Of a stretch of 64,000 nucleotides of DNA, positions 13,801 through 28,800 are shown piece after piece. The notes under the pieces were generated by a model, which did not search any database, was not told the DNA's origin, and saw only the letters and a list, made by a program, of their open reading frames with translations. The DNA comes from Callorhinchus milii (lineage: Eukaryota): contig NW_024704743.1 of the NCBI RefSeq assembly GCF_018977255.1, positions 71,302,001 to 71,366,000 of the forward strand, written 5' to 3'. How positions within the stretch are numbered: the stretch's first letter is position 1; each line of letters opens with the position of its first letter. Position numbers and translations under genes: made by a program.

Positions 13801-16800
13801 TGTGAAGCGCTTTGAGATGTCTCAAGAATGTGATGAGGCGCTTTATCAAATACAAAGATAATTATTATCCTAAATATTTGTCTTAAACTTTGCCTATCTG
13901 TTATCCACTTTAAAAAACGCTAAATTCCAAAAGCTTGTATAATTTGAAGTACACCACACAAATGTCAAGTCAGTATATTTTCAGAGAAAAACTTAATTTT
14001 TAGAGTGAAACTTCTTTACTTCGCTTTCAAATGAATTATTTTCTACAGCCTTTGATCCTCTAAATCTCATTACTCTTTCCATTTTCCAGTTATTTCACAG
14101 AATCGCAACACTCCACCGAATCTGATCTTAATCCATTGCCCTTCTAGACTGAACACTCTCATGCAGCTTTTTCTGTCTTATCAATTTTTACTTGCAGTAC
14201 CCTAAAAGACTCATTCAGCATTCTTCCCTTTACACCATGAGAACACTCAGAGATCTGTAGATATACAAGTGTTCAATAAATTTGGGCAGATTACGCATTG
14301 CCAAGGAAAGTGCAATAGGTGTACTGTTTAAATTGTGAGTTTAGATCAGCTCCAAGTGTAATGATAATGGCATAAATAAAATGTTGACAAAAAATGTAGT
14401 GGAAACAAAATGCTATTTTTTTTAAAAAAAAGTAAAGATAATAATGTAATTTTTGTTTATCTTTTTGCTGTTTGCTCACAAGAATGCACACAGTCACACC
14501 ACTTACCAGTATATCTTGTGAAACCCTTTGAGACATCTCGATGACGTGATAAGGTGCTATACCAACTGCAAGGATTATTATTATTTGTTTATCAGGGTTC
14601 CTAAACCATACATCAGAGCCTGACCATGAAGAGTTCCTGCACCAGACACCACTCCCTATTCATGCAGAAGCTTCCTAAATTATACAGCATTCCTTCACCA
14701 TGAAAGAGTCTTCCTCTATCGTACACTATTCTTAATCATGACACTAAACAAGGAATCTGATCCCAGATCTACTTTGTAACTAGCCACCAAGATGTACATT
14801 AGAGTAGTTTGGAGGTATTTGGTCATCTGATCTTCCCTTCTTCTAGGAAAATGCTTGGTATCTCACTCTGCATCTTACCTTGACAGCACAGCTGTGTTAA
14901 ACTCACTATGTGGGAATTTGTACATTTGATTCTGTGTCTTTTCAAACTTTGATGGAAAGCAATGAAAACCCAATGTATCAATCTATCAAGAAAATAGCTA
15001 ACACAGGTGAAATCTGCATAAGTCACTGACTCCATTCCTATTCTCTGAACTGGATGGAAGCCTGTGTCCTTTAAATGTTGAAGCCAAGGATAATCATGTT
15101 CAGAGTTAATATTAAAAGACTTGCTTGACACCAGGACACCATGTGCCTAATACTTTCCAGAATTAGGTAAGCCGGATGCATCTCTCCAGGGAGAGAGTGC
15201 ACATTCCATTCCAACAATCTATCTCTGGAATTTCCATGTGTAGGTGGGATGCATGGAAATCTCAGTTTGGCTTGGATTCTCTTAAGAAAGATGATGGGTT
15301 TCTGTCGGATACCTGGCTGACCAACAAAAGGGAAAGTCCTTACCCAATGCCAGTATCTATGATATGGTGTTGTAATATAATAATCTTTGCAATTGATATT
15401 GCGCCTTATCAAATTGTCGAGATATCTTAAAGTGCTTCACAGGATATGCTGTAAAGTGGATTGAATGTGTCATTTGTGGGTGAAACACAGCAGCCAATTG
15501 TACACAGAAATGTCCCCCAAACAGCCATGAAGTGAGTGACCAATTTTATTTGGGGGATTGTTAGCAGGAAATCTCTGTTCTCTTTTCAAATAGTGCCATA
15601 GGATCTTTAATGAACACGCAGTCAGGACCTCGGTTTAACATCTTATCCAAAGGACTGAATCTAATAATGCGATAATAATCTCAGCACTGCATTGGAGTGT
15701 CAGCTTGAACTATGTGATTCCAAGTCCTGACAGGGAGCTTGAAACCACAACCTTCTGATTTGAAGGCGAAACTGCTAGCACTGTGCCAGGCTGATATGTG
15801 GTGTTATTGATTTTTTTTGCCTAACAGTGAACTAAAGTTGTGAATACACTGGTGTATGTGGGAGATTAGCTTCAAACTAACTGGATATGTCAACGTTTGT
15901 CTGTGTAAAGTGATATTTTATATATTTCTGCATGCTGCTTGAATCCCTTGAATAGCTGAAGTAGTCCAAAACATTATCTAACTGAGTCAACTGTTCAGTA
16001 CTTAGACAGGAGTGAGCGAGATAACCCGACTGGGAACTTGGAACAATTCAAATGAAGACACTCTGCAATTTGTGGACTGGCATCTTCATAAAGTGATTCA
16101 AGGCCAGGAATCCCACTTAATCACCTTTTAATACCTTTCAAATAGCAAAGGATTAGAATTAGCTGCAGTATCCTACATGTGGTCTAATTAATGTTTAATA
16201 GAGAATTAATATTACATGCATGGACTTTGCATCAATTTATGCTTTGCTTGATTTTATTTGCCTTGGTAATTGCTGTCTCATCGTGGAGATTATTTTAACA
16301 AATATTGTGTCATTCATGCCAAATCTTCTTCCTGTTTCAGTAATATTCAGTGTTTTGGAGCCAACATGTATTACCTTATATTTGTTTAATGGTATTTTCC
16401 AATTATCTGTCCAAAGTCATAAATCTCTCTAAATCCCCTTGGATAATCAGTGTTCCCAATGTATGCTTGTTTCCTACACAGTGTTTTATCAGCATTAAAC
16501 TGAGAGCTGATAAAGATTATCACAATAACTGTGAACAAACGTGTTCTTTGACCTTTAAATAACTTCATCAAGTTGTTTGATTTATTTTTCTAGCCTTCTT
16601 GATCAAATTAAGAGTCCTCAAGTGAGAAAAGTGGTGGGCATTCTTCAAGTTGCAAAGTCAAGATCACTGAAACATTGGAGAGAACTGGTATTTTTCATTA
16701 TCAAAGACACCATGTTGTTCCCTTTTGAGAATCTGCATGTAATAAAACACATTTCTTTTATCACATGTTTTTCAATATTACTTCTGTATAATAATATTTT

Positions 16801-19800
16801 GTTTTTTAAATTGAAGGATGGAAACATCACTGACGTAGCCAATGAAGCAAAAGACAATGTGAAGTACTTGTACACATTGGACAAATTCTTTGGGCCTCTT
16901 ATGAAATGTACACCTGTAAGTTTAAAAATATATCATTAATTTTGCTTACCATAATAAGCCTTGCATTTGCTACCATAGCATGGAATACAGACTATAAAAA
17001 ACAATGTTTTATTTTTTACATCTAATCTCCTGTGTGCAGGTTACCATGCTTGACCATATAACCAACTTGATGAACAGTATCCGTATGATACATAGCATCT
17101 CAAAGTATTACAACACCTCGGAACGAATGACTTCTCTCTTCGTCAAAGTTACCAATCAGATGATCAGCACGTGCAAAGCCTACCTCTGCCAGAATGTTAG
17201 AACAATCTGGGAGCACGACAGGTGACTGGATTATTTATCTTTAAAGCATGGGGTTTGAATTTGTGCATTCATTGTGGTGTGGAATGTTGGGTCTGAAAAA
17301 ATTTCGCTTTTCAGACGGTCAGCAAAGCACCAGACACTTCTAGTGATTAATAGCATGGGTTAAGATGCAGATTGTCCCTCTTTTCTAGCCAAACAGTATT
17401 CCTTAATGCTTAAGCAATAATCTTAACCACCCCCATACTTTTTAACATTTTCTATTTATTGCACCACTGTTGTAGAACCTTTTAGTGAAAATGCCTGGAT
17501 TGCTGCGTTATCCCACCTCTAAATAATTGGACTGAGACTGCTCCAAGTCATTTTATGAAATAGTGAAATATGCTAATATTCAGAAGTGATCTTTCTTGTG
17601 GACACAGACCACTTATGAGAAAGGTATACTGGAGACGGGTGGCTATAAATTGGATGGCTGCTATTACTCCTTACCTGATACAGACTCTTAACTAAAAAAA
17701 ATGCTTAAATTCTATATGGAGCTTAGCATCCCCAAATCGATTTGTAAAAAGGATTACTAGTATATTTGCAGAGTGGTCTAACCCGCATTGTTATTGCGAG
17801 AAACAACAACAACAACAAAATTACATTTGTAAAGCAGCTTTCACGTCGGGAGGATGTCCCAAGGTGCCTGGGTTTGATTCCCGGCAGGGCGATACTTTAG
17901 GTAATTTTCCTTACTCCACATGCCTCTGTTTACCTAACAGCAATTAGGAATCCAGTTGTCAGTCAATTGGCGGTCAGATTGAAGGGGGTAATAATTCCTT
18001 AAAAAAAGAAAGAATTTGATCACTCAATCCACGAATGTTTGTGGGACACTGCTGTGCGCAATTGGCTGCCGCGTTTCGCCCACAAAATATACAGTCAATT
18101 TACATTCTGAGAAGAGCTTTGAGACGTCTCAAAGATGTGATAAGCCACTATATCAAATTGCAAGGATTATTATTGTTGTTGTTGTTTTGAGCAACTGTGA
18201 AGATGATCTTACTACAATTCTCTAGCAGCCACACAAGCAGGCACTAGTTAAGACTTCTGGGAACTACAGCTGAGATCTGATTCTTTGCTCTCTTTGCTTA
18301 GTGAACACCAGCCTGTGTTTTGTCCTTCCCCTATTACACCCCACTATCAGGTGGGTGAGCTTTCAGCCTTTTTGCCCTGACTCTCTAGAACTCCATCCAG
18401 GAGTCCTTCTAACTCACACCCTCCTTCACCTGCTTCTCAAAACCTACCTCTTTGACTCAGTCACCATTCTGCTCTGCTCCTACCTCGGTTGCCCGTCCAG
18501 TATTGAAAAGCACTGTTGGATATTCCCCTGACATGAAATGTGCTATATTAATGTAGATTTGAATTGTATTGGAAATTTGTATTGTACAAGATCCCCCCCT
18601 TTTTTAGGTCTCCAGCAAAAGAAAGTTTCTGCTGCTACTTGGCATGAAGAGTTCCTGTATGAATCCATACCTGCAACCCTATGCACCCCGACTGATTGAC
18701 AGGGTTGCACAGGGTTAAAGCCATGATGTCGTAACTTGGCAGTCAGGATAAATTTAGAAGCTAATAGCCTTCATTAGTCCAAATGCACTGGCATCCTTTG
18801 ATTCTTAATACAAATACATTTACATAGCATGATACTGCACGGAAAAGAGGGATTTGGCTCAACTAATCCACGCTGGTATTTATACTGCACACAAGCCCTG
18901 ACCTATCCTACTCATCAACAACAACAACAAAATTAAATAACAAAATGATAACAGAAGATCTCACTCTGGTGGCTTCAAGACATTTAACTTCATATCTCTG
19001 GATTCCAGATGGTTAATTTAAGTGATTTTGTTTATTCCTAACTTTTTCACAAGACTTAGAAAGGTGAACTGAAGCTTTCCTTTGAAACAGGTGGAAAAAT
19101 AAATGCTGTCTAATGTTACTGAAGACATATAGGTCTTATAGGTTTGGAGTTATTGCAAGATGATGTAGATACATTTTATTATTGGTGTTTGTTTATTCTT
19201 TGCAAGTCTCAGGGTAGATAGTACTGAAAGCAAATGGGGGAAATGTTCCTTGCCTTAAATGAGTACATCATAAAATTGCATGTTGACAATTTTCTTAAAA
19301 TCAAGTGCGATCAAAGAAAATATTTACCTGCTCACTGAAAATAAATAGTGTGGTGAAATTGCTGTTTCCTCCAATCAATTTTACAGTCACAAAAATCATG
19401 TTCCTACTGTTGTAGTGAGCTACGCTTTGGAAAGAGGATTAATTTTTGTTGTTCCACAATAATTTGCATTAAGTCCTTTTCGCCCACAAAATAGACAGTC
19501 AATCCACTTGACAATATATTCTGTGAAGTGCTTTGAGACGTCTCAATGAAATGATAACGTGCTATATCAAATGCAAGGATTATTATTATTATATGGCGCC
19601 TTTTACAATGGATGCTTCAAAATTATGGGCTTGGACACCAAAGTACAGCACTCTATCTCCATCTCCCTCTTTCCCTATAATCATAGGTGCAGTGGAAAAG
19701 GTGGGTTTGTAGATTGTTTTTTAGTTTTCAGATTTTTTGTGCTTTATTCTACTTGTCCCTGTTTTACATTTTGATAGTTTCAGGATTTGGTCACGGTTGT

Positions 19801-22800
19801 AAATACAAAAACAACGTGTTTTCTGACACCAATCTATGCCAGAGAAAATCCTGCTTCACTGAAGCATTCTGAGAGTGATTGATTATAGAGTACTGTTTGT
19901 TGAAAAAATCATTAATCTCATTGTGTCCATACTGTACAAACTATGGAGATGAAAAGTACGAAGTGAAATGGGCCACAATCACTTTTAAGCACTTTGAAAT
20001 TAGTAGTTCAGCATTCAAATGTTTTCATACTTGAAGTATAACTTTAATTGAAGAAGGCTTCTGCTGTTTATTCCTAAGTATAATACGCAGATAAATGTTT
20101 TAAATTGTTATTCTAGCAAAAACAAACTTTTATTTAAGCACATCCATTGTTCTCTCTTTCTTTGTAGGCAAGAGCTTCTTAAGAGGATTAAAGAATGCAT
20201 TCAGCTGAATGTTGAGTATCAAAGCAATTTTCACCGAATTAGAGAGAAGCTTCGGAAAAATCCCAAGGAAAAGCAGTTTGAATTCAGGTAATTATATAAA
20301 CTTTTGATATCCACCAGCTTCAATAATGTTGTTAATTACTATCACCTCATCTGCAGAGCTCTGTTTTAACGTGCTCGTTGGGATCCATTAAAATCCCAAC
20401 CAGCCTTATAACAGTGAGTCAGTGCTTCCACATCATGATGACACCAACTACTGGACTAGTGACCTCACTGTGCATTTGCACAGCTTTCTGTGCCATAAAT
20501 GGTTGATTTTTCAGGCCACAAGATTCCAAGATTGGTTTGGATGAAGAAGGTCCTTTCACCTATCCAATCTCGTCCCTCCAGAACACTACTATACCGTACC
20601 CTCATCACTGAATCAAGCTACTTTTTGAATGAGAATAGTTTTCCTAGCCTTTACAACCTTTCCTGGCAACATGTTTCAATTGTTGATTACCCCCTACATG
20701 AAGGAAAACTTGATATCAGTCCTGAAATTGCCCTTTACAATTCTAAACATACCTCTTCTTGTTCTACCTTCTTGGTACATCCCAACGTAATGATCTGGGT
20801 TTCCTTTCTGAATCCTATTGAAGTTTTATACACCTGTGTGAGGTCCTCTCTGAGGCATTTTCTCTCAAGACTGAAGAGCCCCGGTTTGTCTATTCATTGC
20901 TCATAGCTCTTTCCTCTAACACTGGGGATTATCCTTGTGGCTCTCCTCTGCACTGCCTCTAGGGCCTGCGCAGAACTCTTATGTTGCAGTATGTACAGTA
21001 TTCTGTATATTCAAGGTGGCATCGGACCAGAGCACTGTACAGCCTGAGAATGACATCTGGGGATCGCAACTCAACTGATTTAATAATATTCCAGCATCAT
21101 GCTTGCCTTGTTTGCTGGCCATTAAGTTGCTGCCAACGTCACTTGCTGTGTGCTACTCATGCAGTGTATGGGAAACTGGTTGGTGTGTGGGAAGCGAGCT
21201 GCCAATCCACAGGGCACCTATGTTAAGAAACATTTTATAACAGGGCTCTACTGTATTATGTTTTGTAGGCCCATTGCACAGTTCATAGCAGTCTATGGTC
21301 TATGGGTTGGACGATAGGAAGGCTGGCATCTCAGTCCTAGACTTCTGCCAGTGCTACGTTCAATTGATTCTCCCTTATTTACTAAAAAAAACACTTTTTT
21401 GAGAAATTATTACTTTAGTCTGCCAATTATCCCAGCCGGGTGGCTATTCTTAGGAATTCACCTCGTGTGGAATTATAAGTTTGAACCTATGTACCCACTG
21501 CTATTTAGCAACAATGTTCTGCATGATGGATATGGTGAGGCACATGATCCATATCTATATGGTTTTAACACTCAAGACCTCAGTAATATTTCAGCGAAAA
21601 ATCAAAATATAACTAAGTTCAGCTTGTTCTATGAATTATATATATATATGAATATTTCTCTTGATTCCACTGTCTAATTAAATGTATTAACAATATCAAG
21701 AACAATCTCTAGAACATAATTTTATTGTGGTTGTCATACGTAAAAGATGTGTGTTTATGTATTGATCATTTTCAGAAGATAATCAAAAACAACCGTTTCC
21801 ATTTACACAGAAAATGCAATTAAAATCAAGGTCAACCTGATTTAGAGTCACTGACACAAATTTACTTTTTCTGTACTGGAGCTTGTTATCTTTCTGTTCT
21901 CGTATTTACTTGCAAAAAGCTCATTGGTACTGCCACATGTGAAGGCAGACATTCCTCTACCTTTAGAGCATTCAATGCTAGAGAAATTTAGGACCTTTGG
22001 TTCCAGCATTTTCACTATTCGGTGTGATTTCTATAAGGAGACAAGATTGCACAGGAGCTAGAGAATGTGTGAAGTTGCTGGAGGCAGATGTCCCTATTAA
22101 TGTAATGCTGAGTTAATTTGCACACTGGAAAATAAATCAGATGGATGAATATAAATTTTATTGGTGGGATGATCAGTTAATGCATCCACTCAGCACAAAA
22201 TGTGTTTTTCCCATAGCTACAAAATTATACTTTTAATATATTACCATAAATGATAGATTTAGTTATGCCGGCATGCTTCAAACAACGCTGTGTTTTTCGT
22301 TAACCTTTTCCATCATTGTATTTCTCAGATCATCTATAGCTTGTAGCATATGGTGTTCTCATGCACTTAGTGACACACAATGAAAGCTAAAAATCATTAA
22401 TGATTTGAAACATGCTACTTTATGGGGAAGCGGAACAAACATCAGCTTCCCAGGAAAACAATTGTGTGTCTCTCTGACATCTTGTGTTGTACATAGATAT
22501 TTCTGAGTTCTGATCCTTTTCCATTAATGCACAGATTGGTATATAAAAAGGAATTTTGGATGGCATCTGAAAATCTGTTTTTGCTATTTTTTACCAGAGG
22601 ATGGGGCAATTGCCATACATGTTGTGAATTATGTCCCCGTTTTAGGCCTTTTCCAATTTGGTCATTGATCGGAGCAAGAAACAATGATTTATTTATCTCG
22701 TTGAAGCATGGAATCATATTAGTGAAATAAACATTCGATACAGCTGTAATGCTACAGTTGTATAGTTGTAAATGGGTAAATCATGAATGTCTGAAGCTGG

Positions 22801-25800
22801 CGTTGAGATTTTGAAAAGTGACTTAAATGCCTCCATCCTGAAAAACTTAATGTGATTTTGCATATCTTGGAAATGTTTCAAACTCAGAGATGTACAAAAG
22901 AGGCATTAATCATTCTTTAAAGGGATGTAAATCAAAGTCAAAAGCTGTGATCATAGTTAGTTTACAGCATTGAATGAGGGCATTTGATTCATGGTGTTTG
23001 TACTCATGCTGGCTCCCTACCGGAAGGATATATTCTAATCCCTGCTGTTTCTCCATCTCCTTCAGTATTTTTTCTCAAGTACTTATCCTGCTTCCTTTGA
23101 ATTATGTATTCTGGATTCAGCTTCAAACAGATGTTTATGGTAACGATTTTAACAACTCTTTGTGTAAGACGAATCCTAAATTTCTTTTTCGTTTGGTGAC
23201 AATCCTCAACTTGTGACAGATGCTTATGATATCCATTTAGATAGCTGGAGACAAACCATCCTTTTTTTTTACAAATGAGGATATCTAGTGCATATCATAG
23301 AATCATAGAATATTATAGCACAGAAGAAGGAGATTCAGCCCATTGTGCCTGTGCCGGCTCTTTGGAACAGCTACCGAATCAGTCAGACTCCCCTGCTCTT
23401 TCCTCATAACCCTGCAAATGTTTCCCTTTCAAGAACCTATTTAATTCCCTTTTGAAAATTGTAAGATGCAAGAATTAATAATAATAATAATAATCCTTGC
23501 ATTTGATATAACGCTCTTCACGTCGGGAGGACGTCCCAAAGCGCTTCACAGAACATACTGTAAAGCGAATTGACTGTATATTTGTGGGCGAACACGGCAG
23601 CCAATTGCGCACAGCAATGTCCCACAAACAGTCGTAGATTGAAAATGACCGATTTATTATTGTTTTTAGTTTTGGAGGGATTATTATTAGGCTCTGTGTG
23701 GAGTAAGGAAACTTGCCCAAGGTTTCGTCCTGCCTGGAATTGAACTCAGGTCTCTCGCTTGCAAAGCGAGTGCTCTAACCACTGAGCTACAGGACTCCAC
23801 GGAGTGGAGTTAGCAGAACAGTTAAACAACTATGTATATACTAGTCCTTCCACCAAAGGATTCTAAAAGCAATATCAATTGCATAGAGGTGGGCTCAAAA
23901 TAAACCTAATTAACTGAAGATATGAAGCAGAATCCAAAAGCAAATACTATATTAGATTTAGTGTTTAACAATAATGCTGATCAGCAATTTGCTTCAGTGA
24001 AAATTGTATAGATTGATTTATTAATAATCCTTACATTTTATATGGCACCTTATCGCATCATTGCAACATCCCAAAGTGCTTCAAGGAATTTTGCTATTAA
24101 TTTTGGTGACAGTACTTGTAAGTGAATGCTGCATCAGTGTTGCATTAAGGGTAAGATCCCTTATAATGCAGTGACACGTAGATAGGTGCAAAGAAAGGAA
24201 ACAGTGGATAAAGGCCTATAAATCCATCAAGTCCACTCTCAGGATAATTCTTTCTCATTTTATATCCCACCAAACAGTCTAACCTTTCTTCTTTCCTGTT
24301 GCTGGCACCTCAGTCCCAGTCAATGGGATGTGAAAAAACAGATTAAATGGAAAATAAAGCATTTCTCTGGAAAATTCCTCTGATATCTCAAAGCAGTCAG
24401 TTGATTGAGCTCCAAGATAGGAGCCCAACCATTAATAGTGTAAAAGCCTATATTAGTCAACCTCTGCATCCGCCAATATTGCTGTTAGTAACAACAGCAA
24501 ATTACACTTGTATAGCGCCTATCATGTCAGGAGAACATCCTAATAATGTTGGTGCAGCACCATTAGACTCCTTGTCTGTAGGCTCTGGAACTCTATCCCC
24601 CAGTGCCTTCGCCTTGCCTCCTCCTTTTCCTCCTTCAAGACCTTTCTCTTTGATCGTGCCTTCAGCTCCCCTCTCGACTCTCTGCCCCCTCCTCGCTGCC
24701 TCCCTTCCCTCCCCTCAGCATTTCCCCCCTGCTCGGGTCCTGACCCAACTATCCAGCGCCTTGGGACGTCCTCCCGACGTGAAAGGCGCTCTATAAATGG
24801 AATCTTGTTGTTGTTGTTGTTTTTGGTTCACTAGCCTATATCAGATGCCCACCATGTGAACGAGCATCCTTATTTCAAGCTGGAAGTAACCTTTTCTTTC
24901 CAGGATCATGGCATGACTTCTAGTTCTTAAACAAAAATTGATTGAAGATCTTGCCATCTGTCAATACACCGTCTTGAAGATCTCGACAAGATCAATCCTT
25001 GGGCTCCTCTGATCCAATGTAGGAATACAATCAAAAGGGCTGAATCTTTCTTGTGATCATGAATAGGCCAGCTCTTCAAGCCTTTCACTGGAGTTTCTCC
25101 CTCTAAGGAATCAACCTCTGCAGCTTTTCCATTGTCTCTAGACATTTTATGAGACGTAGTGACACAGTGCTCCAGAAAAAAATGTATGAACATAGAGCTA
25201 TGGTAAAAGTTGCAGGAAGAATTAGGTGCTGAACTGGGAACTAAAACTGAAAAACAACAAACAAGAACAACATTCATTTATATAATATAGGTGTTTCCCC
25301 AACACTGCACTGGAGTCTCAGCCTAGACTGTGAATGCAAATGCCCATCATCAGGCATAAGTCCACAACCTTTAATTCAGAGGAGAGAGTGCTACCAACTG
25401 AGCCATGAGATGAATGACTAATTAATCTGCAGTGTCTGGGAAACTGAAAGGATCTAATTTCTCTTTTCAAATAATGCATCTGGGATCTTCAATAATCACA
25501 TGAAGAACAGACAGACGTGTGTTTGATGCTTTTTAATTTGAATTATATTATCAGTGTTACCCTGATATCTTAGCAGTTGGCTTAATATAATAATAATAAC
25601 TTACATTTAGAAAGCACGTTTCATATAAAGATATTTCAAAGCACTTCCCAAAATACCATGTAAATACTTAGAAATGAAGCAAATGAGGTTCTGTATAAGC
25701 GAACCCAGTGTACAGAATATTATGTAGCCCCTCACCCCCCTTGAATTTTCAGCAAACACAGAACAAAGCCACTTATGTTGACCAGGGCTGCTCTTGCAGC

Positions 25801-28800
25801 AGAAATGTACTTCAGACTGATGCAGTGCCTTCAGGAGAAGAGAATAAGGAGAGAAAATCAGAAAGTGAAAGAGAAATAAAACCCGGATGACTGGACACAC
25901 ACTGTGTACTGTGCTTAATAACTCTACCAGAAACAAGCTTAGATGTAGCCAGCGGCACAATTGCCTCATTTGCACTCATTATAAATGCTATTGGGAGGAT
26001 TATCGTTTTTGAGCTGAATGAGAAATATTTGCCCTCGAGATACTATCACCAGTAATATTTTACCTCTTATGTGTTTTGATCCTTTCTATCCCCTATAACA
26101 AAATGTTTTTTTTATTTCAAAGAAAGTTTTCTTAAAATGTCTTTAAGCATTAACACAATATGCCAATCGTTTTGCACAGGCAATTGGTGGCCCAGTTCAT
26201 CTTATTCCTTGTTTTGGAGTCCTATTTCAGCCAGTCAGTTTTCAGGTCAGCCAATTCCTGGAGTGGCTCGATTGAACAGGTGGGTGGCAAGTTGAGATGA
26301 GCCGGCAACCAATTTGTAGCCACTTCACACAGGGAGAAAGACCTGACGGGTGCCGTGGTTCCAAATCCTGACGTGAGACTTGAACCCACAACCTTTTGAC
26401 TCAAAGGCAGAGTGCTACAACTGAGCCAGCCTGACCCACAGATAAAGGCAGATAGATGGGACTGAATGAATTGCTCTTTAAACAAGCTAGCACAGACACA
26501 ATGGATCAAATGGCCTTCTGTGCTGTAAACATTTCTATGGTTATTTTTAGGGAAAATTCAGTAATAATAATAATCCTTGCATTCGATATACCGCCTTATC
26601 ACTTCTTCGAGACGTCTCAAAGTGCTTCACAGGATACACTGTAAAGTAATTGACTGTATTTTCCTGGGCAAATGAGATGAGGGGGTTATAATTATGAGGG
26701 TAGGCTTAGGCTGGTTTCTTTGGAAGAGTGGTTATAAGGGGATCTAATAGATGTCTTCAAACCTCTGAAAGGTCAAGGAAAAGTGAATGATTATTCCTGC
26801 TGGTTGGTATATCAGTAGTCAGGGCCAAAAATTCAGGATTGTCAATGGAAATATATATTTTTTAGAGTATTACTTGAACATGGACAATTAATTTCCAGGT
26901 GGTGTATAGTGGTGTTCCAAGTGTTTCCACTTATTATTATAATAGATTTTGGCATGAATTCCCGCATTGGGACTTTGAGATCCCAGTCTTAACTGAAACT
27001 GGGGAAGCATTTTGTTGGAGGTACTGTCCATTGACTGAAATGTCCTCTCTGTCTGTTCAGGTAGACGTTAAAGATCCAATGATCTCATTTAACTGGAAAT
27101 AATATTTTTCCTATTTCAGTGAAAACTATATATTTGGCAAGTTTGACACTTTTTGCAAACGTCTGGAGAAGATTGCAGATATACTAAACACTATGGAAAA
27201 TCTCTCAGATCTGCAGAATGTTAAATTAGAAGGTTTTGATGAGATATATTTGTGTTACCAGAAGATTGTCAATAGCACAATGTCAAAGAGCTACAATGTA
27301 TTGGACTACAGAAAGCAAGAGGTACATTTTCAAATGTTATTACATATTATAAAGAATTTATTTTTGCGTTGTTGTTTAAAATATCTGTATTTGCCAACCA
27401 CTGATATTTTAATGGTACAATTTTCAAATGGAAAAATATTATTACTCCATTACATATGACTTGATTTGAGGCCATTGAGGTTGTTCTCCTTCAAGACTGT
27501 GTGTGTAAAAAAAAATCCCTTTAATAAGCTTCTTTCAATGGAATATAACTGAGCTTCAATGCACAATGGTGAAAAACATTTTTATTGTACTGTGCAGTTT
27601 GAACCTTCAGAAAAGAAAAGCTTATAGTAAGTATAATTGGGTTCAAGTAGCAACTAAATGTATTTCTGTAAAGAGAAGAGACTGGGAGGCTGTGGGATAG
27701 AGAGATACGATTCAGCTCAATCAAAAGGTAATGGACCTGTTAGGTAATATAGACGTTCCCTGCTGCTAAGGTATCATGTTCCTCCAGTACTCTTATCCTG
27801 GTTAATGCAATATGTATTTTCTTTAGATGTGCCACATGATCTGCAATTACAATCTATTCTCTGTGTGGTAAGTGCTAGTTTAACAATTTCTCTTTCAGTT
27901 TGACAACGATTACCTGGAATTCAGATACCAGATAGAAGGGCTTTATCAGTCTTTGCAGATGTTTGTGGATTCCTGGTTTGAGCAATCCTTAACTGTAAGT
28001 AATGTTAAATGATTTAAAAAAAAGCCTACCTAATTTTTTTTAAAGAGACTACCTGTTGCTCCAACCATTTCTTGGTCTCTTTCTAGACAGAACGAATGTT
28101 AGACCTACTGGCCAAGTTTGAGCGTATTGCTGGTGCACAGCTGGATCTTACTGATAAGTACTTGGTGGTGTTGCAGAGATATGGGCGAGACTTAGATTTT
28201 GTGCGCAAGACCTATCAGAAACAAAAAGAAAATCCACCTATACCTCGCAATGTTCCATCTGTAAGCTCATTTTTTGTTACTAAAATGTTTCTGGTTTCAG
28301 TTCTTTGATTTGATGCAAGCTATTTCTGTATTGCTGTTAGCAAGTATGATCTGAAAATTAACAATCTTCCACAAACTCTAGGTCACACCTGTACCTGCTG
28401 AATCCATGGATTCCTCTTTTCACTTTGGTTTACTCCTTACATGTTTGCAATATTCTCTCATTCAAATCTATCCATGTCCATTTCATTTTGCCATCTTTCC
28501 CTCACCTACTGTTCCTCTCTTGAACTCAAGTTTCACCTTTTTCAGTTTCCCTTGTACTCTTTCTTACTCCAAATTTTGATTCTGAGGAGATATTGGTGTT
28601 TTTTTCTGATATTGTATATTTCAACTTCAGCTCTGTGAAGTTGATTCCGTGAATCATCTGATTGATTATTTTTGGGTGAAAAATCTCTCTCCTTTGCTTC
28701 ACTAAATCTATCTGTGGTATCTTTTGCTCTCCTGATGACTGTTTAGAACCTTTGCTCTAACAAAGAAATATGAGAACTAAAATTTAATCTAGTAATTCTT

